Shown in pieces: positions 10,069 through 20,746 of a stretch of 64,000 bases of DNA. The position numbers and the translations under genes are program-made. How positions within the stretch are numbered: position 1 is the first letter of the stretch; each line of letters opens with the position of its first letter. The stretch is from a virus (taxonomy: Duplodnaviria > Caudoviricetes): the IMG/VR virus record IMGVR_UViG_3300043803_000445, positions 498 through 64,497 of that record; one strand, written 5' to 3'. Under the pieces are notes generated by a model that was given only the letters and a program-made list of their open reading frames with translations, was not told where the DNA came from and ran no database searches.

Positions 10069-10883
10069 TATCCTATCATATCCATTGGAGGTAATTCGTA
10101 ATCTGTCTTGAGTTCTCTTTCAAGTTCTTCAATTTCTCTAATCGCATCGTTTAATATTCTTTCACCGTTCATCGTAATTCCACCAGGAAGTTGAACTCCA
10201 TTAAATTTGATTAAATTTTGTCCCCATTGTCTTTTAATGATTGCTGTTAAATATCTTTTCAGCCACCAATCGTTATATATTGCTGAAAAGTCCGATGGGT
10301 CTACAATTCGAATACAATCAACAATAATATAACTATTTTCATTTACCATTGCCCAATCAATATCCAAATATAATCTATGTTGTTTTTTATTAAATCTCAA
10401 TTGAACATCTGGAGTTATAATTCTACTAATATCTTCTAAATGTGTCTTTACCATTGCATAATTTAATAAATCAAGAGCACCATAGTAATATAAGTCATTT
10501 AAAAATATTTGATACTTAATATTAAACAAACCAGATGATATAGTATTTGCATCTGATTTGAATACGTTATTTACTCCAATAATTGTATCTGGAAGTTGAA
10601 TAAAATTATTTGTTTCTTCATATACAACTGTTGTAATTCCAACTGGAGAATTTGCAGTTGAACTTGTGATACCTGTTCTTACTGTAGTTTTCTCATCTGG
10701 AAGAAGTTTGTGCTTTAAATATACTCTTGCCGCACCATCATAATGCCTTTCGTTAAAATATTGAATAGCATCATCCACCAAATCATCAATTTGGTCATCA
10801 TCGACATTGATTTCCAAAACAGGATATCCAAGTTTTCTTAAACAGTAATCAATTAATCCCTGACGAGTTGATGGTTGAGCCAT
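10068..10883 (-). CDS. gp13: Neck protein gp13
   Basis: YCLRKLGYPVLEINVDDDQ, KRQWGQNLIKF.GVQLPGG. Confidence 0.95.
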   Translation of the reverse strand: MAQPSTRQGLIDYCLRKLGYPVLEINVDDDQIDDLVDDAIQYFNERHYDGAARVYLKHKLLPDEKTTVRTGITSSTANSPVGITTVVYEETNNFIQLPDTIIGVNNVFKSDANTISSGLFNIKYQIFLNDLYYYGALDLLNYAMVKTHLEDISRIITPDVQLRFNKKQHRLYLDIDWAMVNENSYIIVDCIRIVDPSDFSAIYNDWWLKRYLTAIIKRQWGQNLIKFNGVQLPGGITMNGERILNDAIREIEELERELKTDYELPPMDMIG

Positions 10884-10910
10884 TATTTAATTGAAAACTC
10901 TAATTATTTA

Positions 10911-11138
10911 TCAATATGTACCGCCATCAATAAATGGATATGGGTTCCATTGTTCTGTTGATGAATTATAGACAAGTACAGAGTTATTTGGTATTTCCGA
11001 AGAATCGTTAACATCATCCAAATCGGAAAGTTTCATTTTTAAATTTGCAACAGCAGAAACTACTCTGTTTGCGTTATCCGCACCAAGTCTTACTTTTATT
11101 AAATTGTCTGAATTGGTTCTTACTCTAATGTCTGACAT
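10911..11138 (-). CDS. Small virion-associated protein
   Basis: LSDLDDV...VLVYN...W and C-terminal IDGGTY motifs typical of fibre-associated proteins. Confidence 0.6.
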   Translation of the reverse strand: MSDIRVRTNSDNLIKVRLGADNANRVVSAVANLKMKLSDLDDVNDSSEIPNNSVLVYNSSTEQWNPYPFIDGGTY

Positions 11139-11144
11139 AGTTTT

Positions 11145-11483
11145 TTATGCAGTGGTAATTCCAGCAGTAACTAATGCACTTCCTTCAACAACTCTTGTTT
11201 TTGCTGTTCCACTATCTAATAATACATCATAACAATATCTTCCTGGTTTTAAAGATGATGTAATAGTTGAACCTAAAGAAATTTTAACTCTCCCATCAGT
11301 TCTATTGGGGAAAGAAACTATAAAAGTAGCAGAAGTTTTTAATGATGCTGGTGATTTCTTCAATTTTGCATATCCAGTATATCCAGTCAAATTCAGTGGA
11401 GTATTTGCTGTTGATTCAAGAAAAAATGTTTGCTGAAAATCAGCACCTCCTGGAATTGTTATATTAGCTACATATATTGCCAT
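11145..11483 (-). CDS. Small virion structural protein (BppU-like fold candidate)
   Basis: GADFQQTF, LNLTGY, LKPGRYCYDVLL, RVVEG pattern common in cyanomyoviruses. Confidence 0.65.
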   Translation of the reverse strand: MAIYVANITIPGGADFQQTFFLESTANTPLNLTGYTGYAKLKKSPASLKTSATFIVSFPNRTDGRVKISLGSTITSSLKPGRYCYDVLLDSGTAKTRVVEGSALVTAGITTA

Positions 11484-11516
11484 TATGATAACTAGATAAA
11501 ATCTTTCCTAATATAT

Positions 11517-11717
11517 TTAGGATTTGTTTTCTAATAGTTTTGTTAGTAATAATTTTATCTCCGTCAATTCAGTCTTTAAATTTTCAATTTCAGTTTTTTC
11601 ATCCAACGATGAATTTTTAACTTTCAAGTATTCTTGATATTCGTAATCATTGCAATTTATGATTGCATTTGATTTTTCATCACGATATAATCCTTTATGT
11701 CCTTCTACTGGTATCAT
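11517..11717 (-). CDS. Conserved small protein with C-terminal coiled coil
   Basis: MIPVEGHKGLYRD...AIIN; coupled to the upstream giant gene. Confidence 0.7.
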   Translation of the reverse strand: MIPVEGHKGLYRDEKSNAIINCNDYEYQEYLKVKNSSLDEKTEIENLKTELTEIKLLLTKLLENKS

Positions 11718-14700
11718 ACTGTTGCAATTGCTCTCAAATCTCTAATTAAAGGAACATATGATTGATTTGTTCCTGTCATAATAATTTTGATTTGGAATCC
11801 ATTAAACGGAGAAAGATTTTTTCCAGTAAATTCATAATTACCAAAATCATTTAATGTATTTGATGCTTGAACGAATCTATCAGATCTTCCATTATTTTTT
11901 GAAGAATTGATTACATTTCCATTCTCGTCAAGATTATCATATCCTGGAAAAAACTCATATAATTGTTGTGAATCTGGTGTATCATTTCTAAGCAATCTAT
12001 ACATAACTCTAATATCATTTGTTGAATGTCTATAAGCATCAAAGAGAACTTTTAAACTATCTGCGGATTTTTGTAATTTTACAAGTTTTGAAACATAAAT
12101 TGCGGAATTTGGATCACCACTCAGTTGATTGACTCTTGGTTCTAAAGTAAAATCAGAAACAGGGTTGTTGATTCTATTCATTGTTGTGATTATATTTACT
12201 CTATGCAAATCAATCATTGGAGATACTTTTCTATCACCTGTTGATAATGTGAGTTCCATAGTAAATGATCTATTTCCTGGTAAATCAGTTAAATTTGAAA
12301 GTTCATTCACTTTGGAATAAATTGCAGAAGTTTCACTTAGTTGATTGGTGGAAGTTAAAGATATATCTTCAAATCCTCTATCTGCAAATGAAATTTCAGT
12401 TCCATTTACACTTGTTCCAGTTATTGTTCTAATTTTTGCCCCAACTGATGTTGTTTCTGGTAATAATGTTTGTATATTTGGTCTAATACTATTAAATGTA
12501 ATATTTTGTGTTGCCTTTGGTCCATTGAACGAACCAAGAGTTGGAGTTGATAAATATGTTCCACCAGATTTTGATTGATTGAAGAATAGTTCTGGATAAC
12601 CATTAGTATTTCCAGTGCTTCTATCAGTTCCTGATCTTGTTTGATCTATTTTTATATGATAAGAATCAAGTTCAATTGGATATGTTACCAAATCAACATC
12701 TGTGAATTTGTGTGTTTTATTGATTCTTCTAAGTGAAATACCGTTAAATTCATATTTAAATACAGGTGCATTTGCTACATGTCCTAACGGAATCGTACCA
12801 TCAACCCCTCTTCCACCACTAATGCCAGTTAAAGTATTTCCATTAGTTCCTGTATATCTAATAATTTCACTATCAATAATAACATATCCTGGATTATTTG
12901 GACCAACACTGACATTTTCAAATGTTGCTAAAGTGCCAATTGAATTTAATGTAATGTCACTAGTGGAATTAAAAGAATAATCAGCAGACAATCTAACTGG
13001 GGCAATATCAGATTCAATTCCACTTAAATTAACTTGATTGATTGGTGAATACATTCCATGATTTTGATGATTGACTTTAAGATGCAATCCATCAGTAACA
13101 CTATTGGTACTAGTTACTGTTGCTCCAGATATAGCAGATCCATTATTTGTAATTGTTTTTGTTCCTGTTGTGTCTACTTTTCCCTGTATATTTTCAACAA
13201 CAATAGAGTTAACTGCTGAAATGATCCCAACATTATTTGGAATAGTTAAAATAAGATTTTTTCCAAGATTGTCTGTATTTGTGGAACTTACAGTCAATGT
13301 ATCACCAGCAGCATATCCAGAACCACCATCAGTAATAGTTGCAGCAACTGCTACACCAGAAGAAACTGAAAGATTTACCTTTGCATTTCTGCCAAATCCT
13401 GTTAATGACACTAAACTTATATTGGAATATACTTTTGCTCCACTTGTAAATCCAGAACCAACATTTGACAAGGTTAATGTTGATCCAATTCCAACTGCAC
13501 CAACAAGAGAATTAAGATTTGAAGTAAAATTAGTATTAGTTGATTGGCTAATTGTATTTCCAACGACCAATGAGTTTTGTTCTGATGTAGATAAACTCTT
13601 TCCTAAACCAATTAATGCTGAATTTGAATAGGCATTTAGTGAATTTTTTCTCAATGCTACAATTTGATTATTACCAATAGATAAATCTGGATTATAAAAT
13701 CTAAATGATGCTGGTGAAGTCACAAAATCTGCTCTATATAAGGTAAACTTCAAATCTTCTAAATCTGATGGAGTCCAAGTTGCTCCGTTTTGTGATTTGA
13801 ATAATGCTCCAAGAGTTGGTTGTTGAGAAACAACTCTTCTTGGATTTGCTTTATCTGCTTCTCCCATTCTCGAAATCCATACATTATATGCATTAGAAGA
13901 AGAAACTAATACAATTGAATATCCAGAACCATTTTTTTCCAAATAAACTGGAGATGGGAAAGTAAATGTAGTTGCGATAGTGCCATCTTCAGAAGTTCTA
14001 ATGTCTTTTGAATCTAGTGTAACTTCTCCAAATGGTAAAATTGTTTGAGTTGGGAGGCCAGTTTGCATCGTTCTAATTTGGAGTGTTACTGGAACTCCTC
14101 TTGTATCTTTTGTTCTAAAGAAAATATCACATTTTGTAATATAAACCCCATTATTATCCGCAACTTCAAATGATTGGGCTAATGGATCTACCCATCTGGT
14201 GGATGTCGATGTTGTTGTTGTTGACGTATTTGATGCAACTAACCTAGTGTCAATATCGGTAAGTGTTCGTGCATCTGTTTGTGGAATTCTTTCAACATTT
14301 GCATTTCTAATTCTAAGTGTAGAATTTTCAACATTATCCAAAGATCCAGCAGAAGTAAAATTAGTTTCTGCTGTAGTTTCATCTGAAGTAATTACTAAAG
14401 AATTTGTTGAACTTGATGTCAAGACAAAAGTTTTTGTTCCAGTTCTAAAAGATGGAGTTGATGGAATTGTTGGATCTGGAACAAACAATGAACCAATAAA
14501 AACTCCAGTTTCATCCGCAACCAATCTCACCTCCGAAACAATTGCAATTGCTCCACTGGTTTGTCCTACCAATCTCATATTTTTTGCGATACTTCCATAA
14601 AAACCAGACGATGCCTGCATTTCCAAACTTGCAGTATCAACATTTAATAATGTAGTTGTCGATGAATATGAACTAGATAAAGAATTTTCTGGTAAATATG

Positions 14701-17700
14701 GATTTGTTAAAAATGTTTCTGTTGGTGAATTATATGGACCATATTTATGATTTTGTGTCGAAAGTCTAAATCTAATAGATTTTGAACCTAGAGATCCAAC
14801 TACTGTTTCACCAGCAGTAAAAGTTCCATTGGACATTGAAACTTCAATTAATTTTGGTATGACATATGATGTCATATCAACATTATCAAAAAATGCATAA
14901 ACTCTTGATGATGGTTTTAATCTTTTAGCAATAATTTCAATATTTCTAGATCTCATTGTTGTTATGATTTCTCTAGAAATTACTTTATCTCCAAGATTTG
15001 TGGAATCAAATCTTTCAGTAACACCAAATTGAATTCCTTGTCTGGATTGATTTGTTGTTGTAGTTACTGTTTGATTGCTAAATTCTATAAAATCTGTTAC
15101 AGTGGTAAAAGTATCAGTCACTATTCTTCTACCGCCACCTGGATCATTGTGATTAGATAACCAAGTGTTACTTCCAGTTTGTATTCTATTCAAAGATGGT
15201 CCATTAGAAGTATTAGTTCCAGTCCAAGTAGTTTCCCATGCACCCCAATCTATAGGAGAAAGTCCAGTATTACTATCTACACCAAGTTGCTGTACTGTTG
15301 TTCTATAGTCACCTTCAATATCATAAGTTCTTTCTGTTTTTCTAGTATCAATCCAAGTATCACTTGATGGATTTAATTGAATTGATCCAATCCAGTTAAT
15401 CACATTAAAAGGATTTACATTTTCACTATCTGTAGCAAATTCATTTTTTACATATTCAACTTCTGAATAATTTAAACAAACAACGTCTCCAACTCTTTTT
15501 ATGTTTGGAGAACCCAAATCACTAACAAAACGTAAATCGGCATTTGGATTTGATGTCTGCCCAATTCCAATAACTGCCTCAGAACCCAAAAGTAAATCTA
15601 TAGAAGTTGTATAATGGGTTGGTCTTAATAATCCACTAGCAGTATCAATACTTGCTTTATAATTTAGATTTGTTATTTCACCACCGTTATAAGATTTAAA
15701 ATTATCAACAAAGAATCCACATTTAAATCTATCCAATCTCGTTGTAGAATCTCTTATAGTTAAATTTTGAGTATCTGTTTCCAGTAAAGATAGTGACGTA
15801 TAATATTCAACATTTGAAAGTCTATCTTCCAATCTAGAGATATCTTTCATTGTATATCGTTTGTGCTGTACTAAAGTTGTTGATGCATCTTCTGAATTAT
15901 TTAAATACGCAGGTAAACGAATTGATGCAATTTCCAAACAAGAATCTAAATTATTTGGAATTCTTGGTTGAAGTGATGGAACACCTTTATTTACGATAAA
16001 TGACCCTTCTTTTGTTAAAAACAATCTATCAATTCTTGGTAAGTAATAATCATAAGATAAATTTATTGCTTTATTTTGTGCGAAAATATTTCTAGATGAA
16101 TTTTCCCCACTAAACAATCTCGATTCATACTCAAATGGAGATTTTGTACCAGAATATGGAGCAACTCTTGGTCTTAAATCAATAACATCACTTAGAGATA
16201 TTCCGTCAACTGATGATATGTCATCTCCATATCTGTCTTTATCATAAGAATTTACTCCGACAAAATCACCACTATCCGATGAATCTATTGTATAATTATT
16301 GTAGATAATTGTAATTTTTTTCGTTGGAGCTGAAACTTGTGGTTTTCTAATAAGTCTTGAAAAATCAAGATATTCCGATCTTTGCCCTTCATCTAAAATA
16401 AAGTTATTTCTAATATTTTTATCACCGACTTCAACTGAATCTACAATTCCTGAAATCTGAGATTCCTCAAAAGTAACAGTTTCACCGACAGAAAAAATAT
16501 TCTCATTCAAATAAACAATTTTTATTTCATTTGTTCCATTATTTGATGCTAAAATTGCAACTGCTCCAGTATCTTTTCCAACTATTCTTTCACCTTTAAT
16601 TGAATTTAAAATATTTGAATTCAATCCAATCAATGTAATGGAAGGCAATGTTGGAGCCGATGAAGATGATGATTCAAAAATTCCAATAACTGATTCTACG
16701 TCTGGAACATTTAATGAAATCTCTTCATCTTCAACTCTCAAACCATAAACAGTGCTAGTTGTCAGACCATTTATAGAGGTAGAAATTCCAGAAGAAGTTT
16801 TGTCGATGGTTAAACTAGAGCATCTATTATATACTTTTTTGCGAGTTTTTGTATTTATTTTTTTAAGAGTTGCAGTCAATATAGCTTCACCTGAATTCAC
16901 AGTAATATTTTGAATAGATATAGTTCTTCCATTCGGAACTAGTTTTTGATTGTCTAGTATTGCTACAGTTCCATCAGCAAAAGTTAAATTATAATCTTCT
17001 TCATCAAATGGTTCAAATGTTAATGAGGTGTCTGTTTCCAATGTCGAACTCCAAGCACCATCACTAAATTCACCAGCAGTAATACTATAAGATTTTTTGA
17101 ATGTAATATCAGAACCAGTTAAATCTAAATTTGAAACTTTTGAGTTATTTAAACGTGCGTATAAAAAGGCATTTCGTGTATTTAAAACGTCCAAAGATAC
17201 TATTTTGAAATCATTCACAGTAATCGTTGAACCTGGAAGAGCACCAGAACAAACACCAGAAACAGAAGTAGTTGCTACAACAGTTAAAGATCTTGAAGAT
17301 CCACTAACAACAGAAACTTTATTGTAAGTAGGTATACTTTCTCCTTGTTTTGTATATGAAACAATATCACCTACATTAATTCCAACATAAAAGTTCTGAT
17401 TTGAAGTTGTTACTGTTCCACCAGATGTAATGGTAAATTGAGTTCCTGGTTCTGCAACAGATAATGTTTTTGATAAAATTGGATCAGCAGTAAACCCAGG
17501 AGAATATAACTGATGAACATCAGACAAAGAATAATCTTTTACTGATGTGATTGATCGAGAAACATCCAAACCATTAATTTTAATCTGTTCGTTTGCTATA
17601 AATGAACCAGAAACTTGGTATAATGTTAAAGAAGTGGATGATGATACATTACTAACCAAATAACCTTTAGCTCCACTATTTTTTCCTTGAATATATGCTG

Positions 17701-19138
17701 GAGCAGTTTGCGTTAACGCAGTATTGATTGTTAATGATGTATAAGTTTGAATGTCATAAAGAGAACTTTCGAACTGAGTTGATGCATTTGAATATGCTGT
17801 ATTTTTTAATTTTAAATCATATAATCTAGCAACTCCAATTTTTGTTCCAGAAGAAGAACCTGGAGTTGCTGTTCTGGTATCATAAAGACTTACTTGCGTT
17901 GTTAATCCAACTGCAATAGAACCAAAGACATTATTTAATAATATTTGTCTTCCAACATTAAATGGAATTGATGCATTTTCTGCTCTTTCTGTTGTTCTTG
18001 GTTTTTCTATATCTATAATAGTATTACTAATTGTTTCAATTTCATATCCACGAACATATGCTTTTCCTGGACTTATTGAAATGCAAACAAGATCTTTTGA
18101 TGGAGTATTTCCTTGCTTAGTTTTTTGACTTGAATAATAAACCCCATTATTTCCAATTCTATCATTTAATGATTCTTTTATTTGAATATCAAAAGGTCTT
18201 ACATAATAATCGCCAGATTCATCATAAGTTCTTCTTGCTAATTCGTCTCTAATTAAATTATAGTCAGTCTTATTTACAAATTTAGTCAATCCACCATTCT
18301 CAACTCGCATCAATTCTACAAAATCTTGATCGTTAAAATCATCAATTTCTTTTTTAATCAAAGTTGTAGATATTTTAAATCTGTCTGCACCAGGTGCAGC
18401 ATAATTTGAAAATCCTTGAGCATTATCAAATAAATCATTATAGTTGTTTGATGCTACTGCAATTTCTTCATCGATCAAAAGACCAACACGATATGTTGGA
18501 GTGTTTGTATATTGGTCTAAAATTACTACTTGCCTTGGAACAGTAATAAAGAATCCACGAATAAAATATACACCTTTTTCAATTTTTGCAGCAGATCCTG
18601 TACCAACAGAACTAGAAATAATGGAAGTTGCAAAGGATGTATTTGCTCTAATTGAAGAAATGGTATAATCAACATCTTCTAATGAAATAAGATTTTCACC
18701 ATCAACAAAAGTTTTATTTGTAAAATTTGTATCACCAGAACTCTTATATTTTACATATAATGTATAATTATTTTTTTCTGATTCTATATTTGTAATATAA
18801 TTTTCTACTACCGCAGTAACACCACTTGTTTCCCCTTTTATGCTTTTGCCTACAAATTTATCAATATATGCTGATACTGGAACCCCCGAATGGGTGTCAT
18901 CAATCTGAACACAATTATATTCCGAGTCATATCCAATTTGACCTGGAATGACCATAGAACCTTCTTTAAAGAAATGGTTTCCAAACTTTTCAACTTGATT
19001 TTGTAAAATCGATTGAAGAGTCGTTAATTCTCTTGCTTGAATTGGAGTACCAGGTTTAAATAAAACTTTTTGATAACCTTTTGTCTCGTCAAAGTCATCA
19101 AAGTATGGAGATACGTTTAAATTTGTATTTTGAGGCAT
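11714..19138 (-). CDS. Large virion structural protein (VrlC-like / DUF4815-type)
   Basis: 2474 aa; N-term NLNVSPYFDDF...QARELTTLQSILQNQ, APGADR, LARRTYDESGDY, DPLAQSF; adjacent to gp8. Confidence 0.85.
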   Translation of the reverse strand: MPQNTNLNVSPYFDDFDETKGYQKVLFKPGTPIQARELTTLQSILQNQVEKFGNHFFKEGSMVIPGQIGYDSEYNCVQIDDTHSGVPVSAYIDKFVGKSIKGETSGVTAVVENYITNIESEKNNYTLYVKYKSSGDTNFTNKTFVDGENLISLEDVDYTISSIRANTSFATSIISSSVGTGSAAKIEKGVYFIRGFFITVPRQVVILDQYTNTPTYRVGLLIDEEIAVASNNYNDLFDNAQGFSNYAAPGADRFKISTTLIKKEIDDFNDQDFVELMRVENGGLTKFVNKTDYNLIRDELARRTYDESGDYYVRPFDIQIKESLNDRIGNNGVYYSSQKTKQGNTPSKDLVCISISPGKAYVRGYEIETISNTIIDIEKPRTTERAENASIPFNVGRQILLNNVFGSIAVGLTTQVSLYDTRTATPGSSSGTKIGVARLYDLKLKNTAYSNASTQFESSLYDIQTYTSLTINTALTQTAPAYIQGKNSGAKGYLVSNVSSSTSLTLYQVSGSFIANEQIKINGLDVSRSITSVKDYSLSDVHQLYSPGFTADPILSKTLSVAEPGTQFTITSGGTVTTSNQNFYVGINVGDIVSYTKQGESIPTYNKVSVVSGSSRSLTVVATTSVSGVCSGALPGSTITVNDFKIVSLDVLNTRNAFLYARLNNSKVSNLDLTGSDITFKKSYSITAGEFSDGAWSSTLETDTSLTFEPFDEEDYNLTFADGTVAILDNQKLVPNGRTISIQNITVNSGEAILTATLKKINTKTRKKVYNRCSSLTIDKTSSGISTSINGLTTSTVYGLRVEDEEISLNVPDVESVIGIFESSSSSAPTLPSITLIGLNSNILNSIKGERIVGKDTGAVAILASNNGTNEIKIVYLNENIFSVGETVTFEESQISGIVDSVEVGDKNIRNNFILDEGQRSEYLDFSRLIRKPQVSAPTKKITIIYNNYTIDSSDSGDFVGVNSYDKDRYGDDISSVDGISLSDVIDLRPRVAPYSGTKSPFEYESRLFSGENSSRNIFAQNKAINLSYDYYLPRIDRLFLTKEGSFIVNKGVPSLQPRIPNNLDSCLEIASIRLPAYLNNSEDASTTLVQHKRYTMKDISRLEDRLSNVEYYTSLSLLETDTQNLTIRDSTTRLDRFKCGFFVDNFKSYNGGEITNLNYKASIDTASGLLRPTHYTTSIDLLLGSEAVIGIGQTSNPNADLRFVSDLGSPNIKRVGDVVCLNYSEVEYVKNEFATDSENVNPFNVINWIGSIQLNPSSDTWIDTRKTERTYDIEGDYRTTVQQLGVDSNTGLSPIDWGAWETTWTGTNTSNGPSLNRIQTGSNTWLSNHNDPGGGRRIVTDTFTTVTDFIEFSNQTVTTTTNQSRQGIQFGVTERFDSTNLGDKVISREIITTMRSRNIEIIAKRLKPSSRVYAFFDNVDMTSYVIPKLIEVSMSNGTFTAGETVVGSLGSKSIRFRLSTQNHKYGPYNSPTETFLTNPYLPENSLSSSYSSTTTLLNVDTASLEMQASSGFYGSIAKNMRLVGQTSGAIAIVSEVRLVADETGVFIGSLFVPDPTIPSTPSFRTGTKTFVLTSSSTNSLVITSDETTAETNFTSAGSLDNVENSTLRIRNANVERIPQTDARTLTDIDTRLVASNTSTTTTSTSTRWVDPLAQSFEVADNNGVYITKCDIFFRTKDTRGVPVTLQIRTMQTGLPTQTILPFGEVTLDSKDIRTSEDGTIATTFTFPSPVYLEKNGSGYSIVLVSSSNAYNVWISRMGEADKANPRRVVSQQPTLGALFKSQNGATWTPSDLEDLKFTLYRADFVTSPASFRFYNPDLSIGNNQIVALRKNSLNAYSNSALIGLGKSLSTSEQNSLVVGNTISQSTNTNFTSNLNSLVGAVGIGSTLTLSNVGSGFTSGAKVYSNISLVSLTGFGRNAKVNLSVSSGVAVAATITDGGSGYAAGDTLTVSSTNTDNLGKNLILTIPNNVGIISAVNSIVVENIQGKVDTTGTKTITNNGSAISGATVTSTNSVTDGLHLKVNHQNHGMYSPINQVNLSGIESDIAPVRLSADYSFNSTSDITLNSIGTLATFENVSVGPNNPGYVIIDSEIIRYTGTNGNTLTGISGGRGVDGTIPLGHVANAPVFKYEFNGISLRRINKTHKFTDVDLVTYPIELDSYHIKIDQTRSGTDRSTGNTNGYPELFFNQSKSGGTYLSTPTLGSFNGPKATQNITFNSIRPNIQTLLPETTSVGAKIRTITGTSVNGTEISFADRGFEDISLTSTNQLSETSAIYSKVNELSNLTDLPGNRSFTMELTLSTGDRKVSPMIDLHRVNIITTMNRINNPVSDFTLEPRVNQLSGDPNSAIYVSKLVKLQKSADSLKVLFDAYRHSTNDIRVMYRLLRNDTPDSQQLYEFFPGYDNLDENGNVINSSKNNGRSDRFVQASNTLNDFGNYEFTGKNLSPFNGFQIKIIMTGTNQSYVPLIRDLRAIATV

Positions 19139-19144
19139 TTTTCT

Positions 19145-20716
19145 TTAGAACTCCAAAACGATTTTGATATCTTCTTTTTGACTTGCTGATCTTGGTATCG
19201 GTGGTCTGTTATCAATATAAATGATTTCACCAGACTTTTTATTATATTCTGCAGATGCAATACCAGCAACAAAGTTGCTTCCCAGTTGATATGTCCTATT
19301 ATTTATTACGGTACTAATACCAGGATTGGTAGATGTTCCAAAAGAAGTATCAATACTCAATGATGTTCCAGAAGCGGCACCATTTATTACTAAAGATGAA
19401 CCAGTAGAACTAAAATCATTAATTTTATATCCAACACCAACTGTTGCCAATCCAACTGGTTGATAATACTTTAGGACTCCTGTTACATTGTCCCACGAAG
19501 CAACAAATCCAATCGCAACAGTTCCAGCACTGATCGTTTGAGTAATTGTTGAATCTACTGCATAAGTTGTTAATGTAGTAGCAGCACCAATTAATTTTAA
19601 TGCCTTTAATCCACTTACTTCTGCAATATCTAATGGTTCAGTGGTACTAGTCACTTTTGTTGGGTTTTTAATAATTCCAATTCTAGCAAAATCATTTCCT
19701 ATAATAGTATCAGGATTTGTTTCATCTGTATTATATCGAGAATAAACTAAAACTCTATATGCTCCAAGTTCTCTATAAATGTCATACCCATGTCCTCCCT
19801 TTGGTGGAATAATCACATCAAAACTGGCAATAGTTCCACCATTTGCCAATTCATCTGGAATTCCTGGTGCTCCTGGTTCAAATTGAATAATTCCTTTAGT
19901 GTAACCAGTTCCACCATCAGTCACATAAGCTTCTGAAACTTTTCCAAAAGAATCAATTATAACCGTTGCCTTTCCTCCAGATCCATCACCAAGGATTGGA
20001 ATATTCGTAAATGTCTTTGAAATCGGAGAATATCCAGAACCTCTATTTGTTATAGTTATGATTTGAATTTTTCCATCAATTGCATTATTTTTTGTTGAAA
20101 TACTTTCACCAACTGTTCCCCAATCTTCTGGAACTGGAATGAATTCAATAGAATCAAATTTTACAATTTCTGATGGTTTGATAGTATAAAGATATTTCCA
20201 AATATAACCATCACCACTTGTTCCAGCAGGTCTTGGTTCCAAATCTACAAATTCTGGTTTATCCACAGAGGGTCTTCCTCTTGAATTTTCTGGATTTGCA
20301 CCATTTTGCAAACAAATATAAACTCTTAAATCATCATTAATTACATAATAATTTGCATCATATAAAGAGGAAGAATTTGTAACTGGTGATAAGTTATAAA
20401 TTGTATAATCGTGTCTATACATTTCATAAGTATATCCACTTTGCCAAGTATTTTTTCTAACCATTCTTCTCACATCACTTTGAGTGACTTTTTTCATAGA
20501 AATGATGGTTTCTTTTATTTCATTTTCTTCTTTAAATCCATCCAATGGAGGCAATCCATTACCCCAGGATGCAGAACCATTTGCCTGAGAATTTAACGCA
20601 TTTGGTTGCCCGATAAAAGTATAATAAGTATTTGCTGTATTCCCAACACCAATAAGACTTTTTATGAAAGTCTCAGCATTCATTATCCTAAATTGATCTG
20701 ATATAATTGCAGACAT
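19145..20716 (-). CDS. gp8: Baseplate wedge subunit gp8
   Basis: MSAIISDQFRI, VYICLQNG, DGYIWKYLYTI, SGEIIYIDNR, QKEDIKIVLEF. Confidence 0.92.
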   Translation of the reverse strand: MSAIISDQFRIMNAETFIKSLIGVGNTANTYYTFIGQPNALNSQANGSASWGNGLPPLDGFKEENEIKETIISMKKVTQSDVRRMVRKNTWQSGYTYEMYRHDYTIYNLSPVTNSSSLYDANYYVINDDLRVYICLQNGANPENSRGRPSVDKPEFVDLEPRPAGTSGDGYIWKYLYTIKPSEIVKFDSIEFIPVPEDWGTVGESISTKNNAIDGKIQIITITNRGSGYSPISKTFTNIPILGDGSGGKATVIIDSFGKVSEAYVTDGGTGYTKGIIQFEPGAPGIPDELANGGTIASFDVIIPPKGGHGYDIYRELGAYRVLVYSRYNTDETNPDTIIGNDFARIGIIKNPTKVTSTTEPLDIAEVSGLKALKLIGAATTLTTYAVDSTITQTISAGTVAIGFVASWDNVTGVLKYYQPVGLATVGVGYKINDFSSTGSSLVINGAASGTSLSIDTSFGTSTNPGISTVINNRTYQLGSNFVAGIASAEYNKKSGEIIYIDNRPPIPRSASQKEDIKIVLEF

Positions 20717-20746
20717 TTTAATCGTATACTTTTTTTCTATTTATTA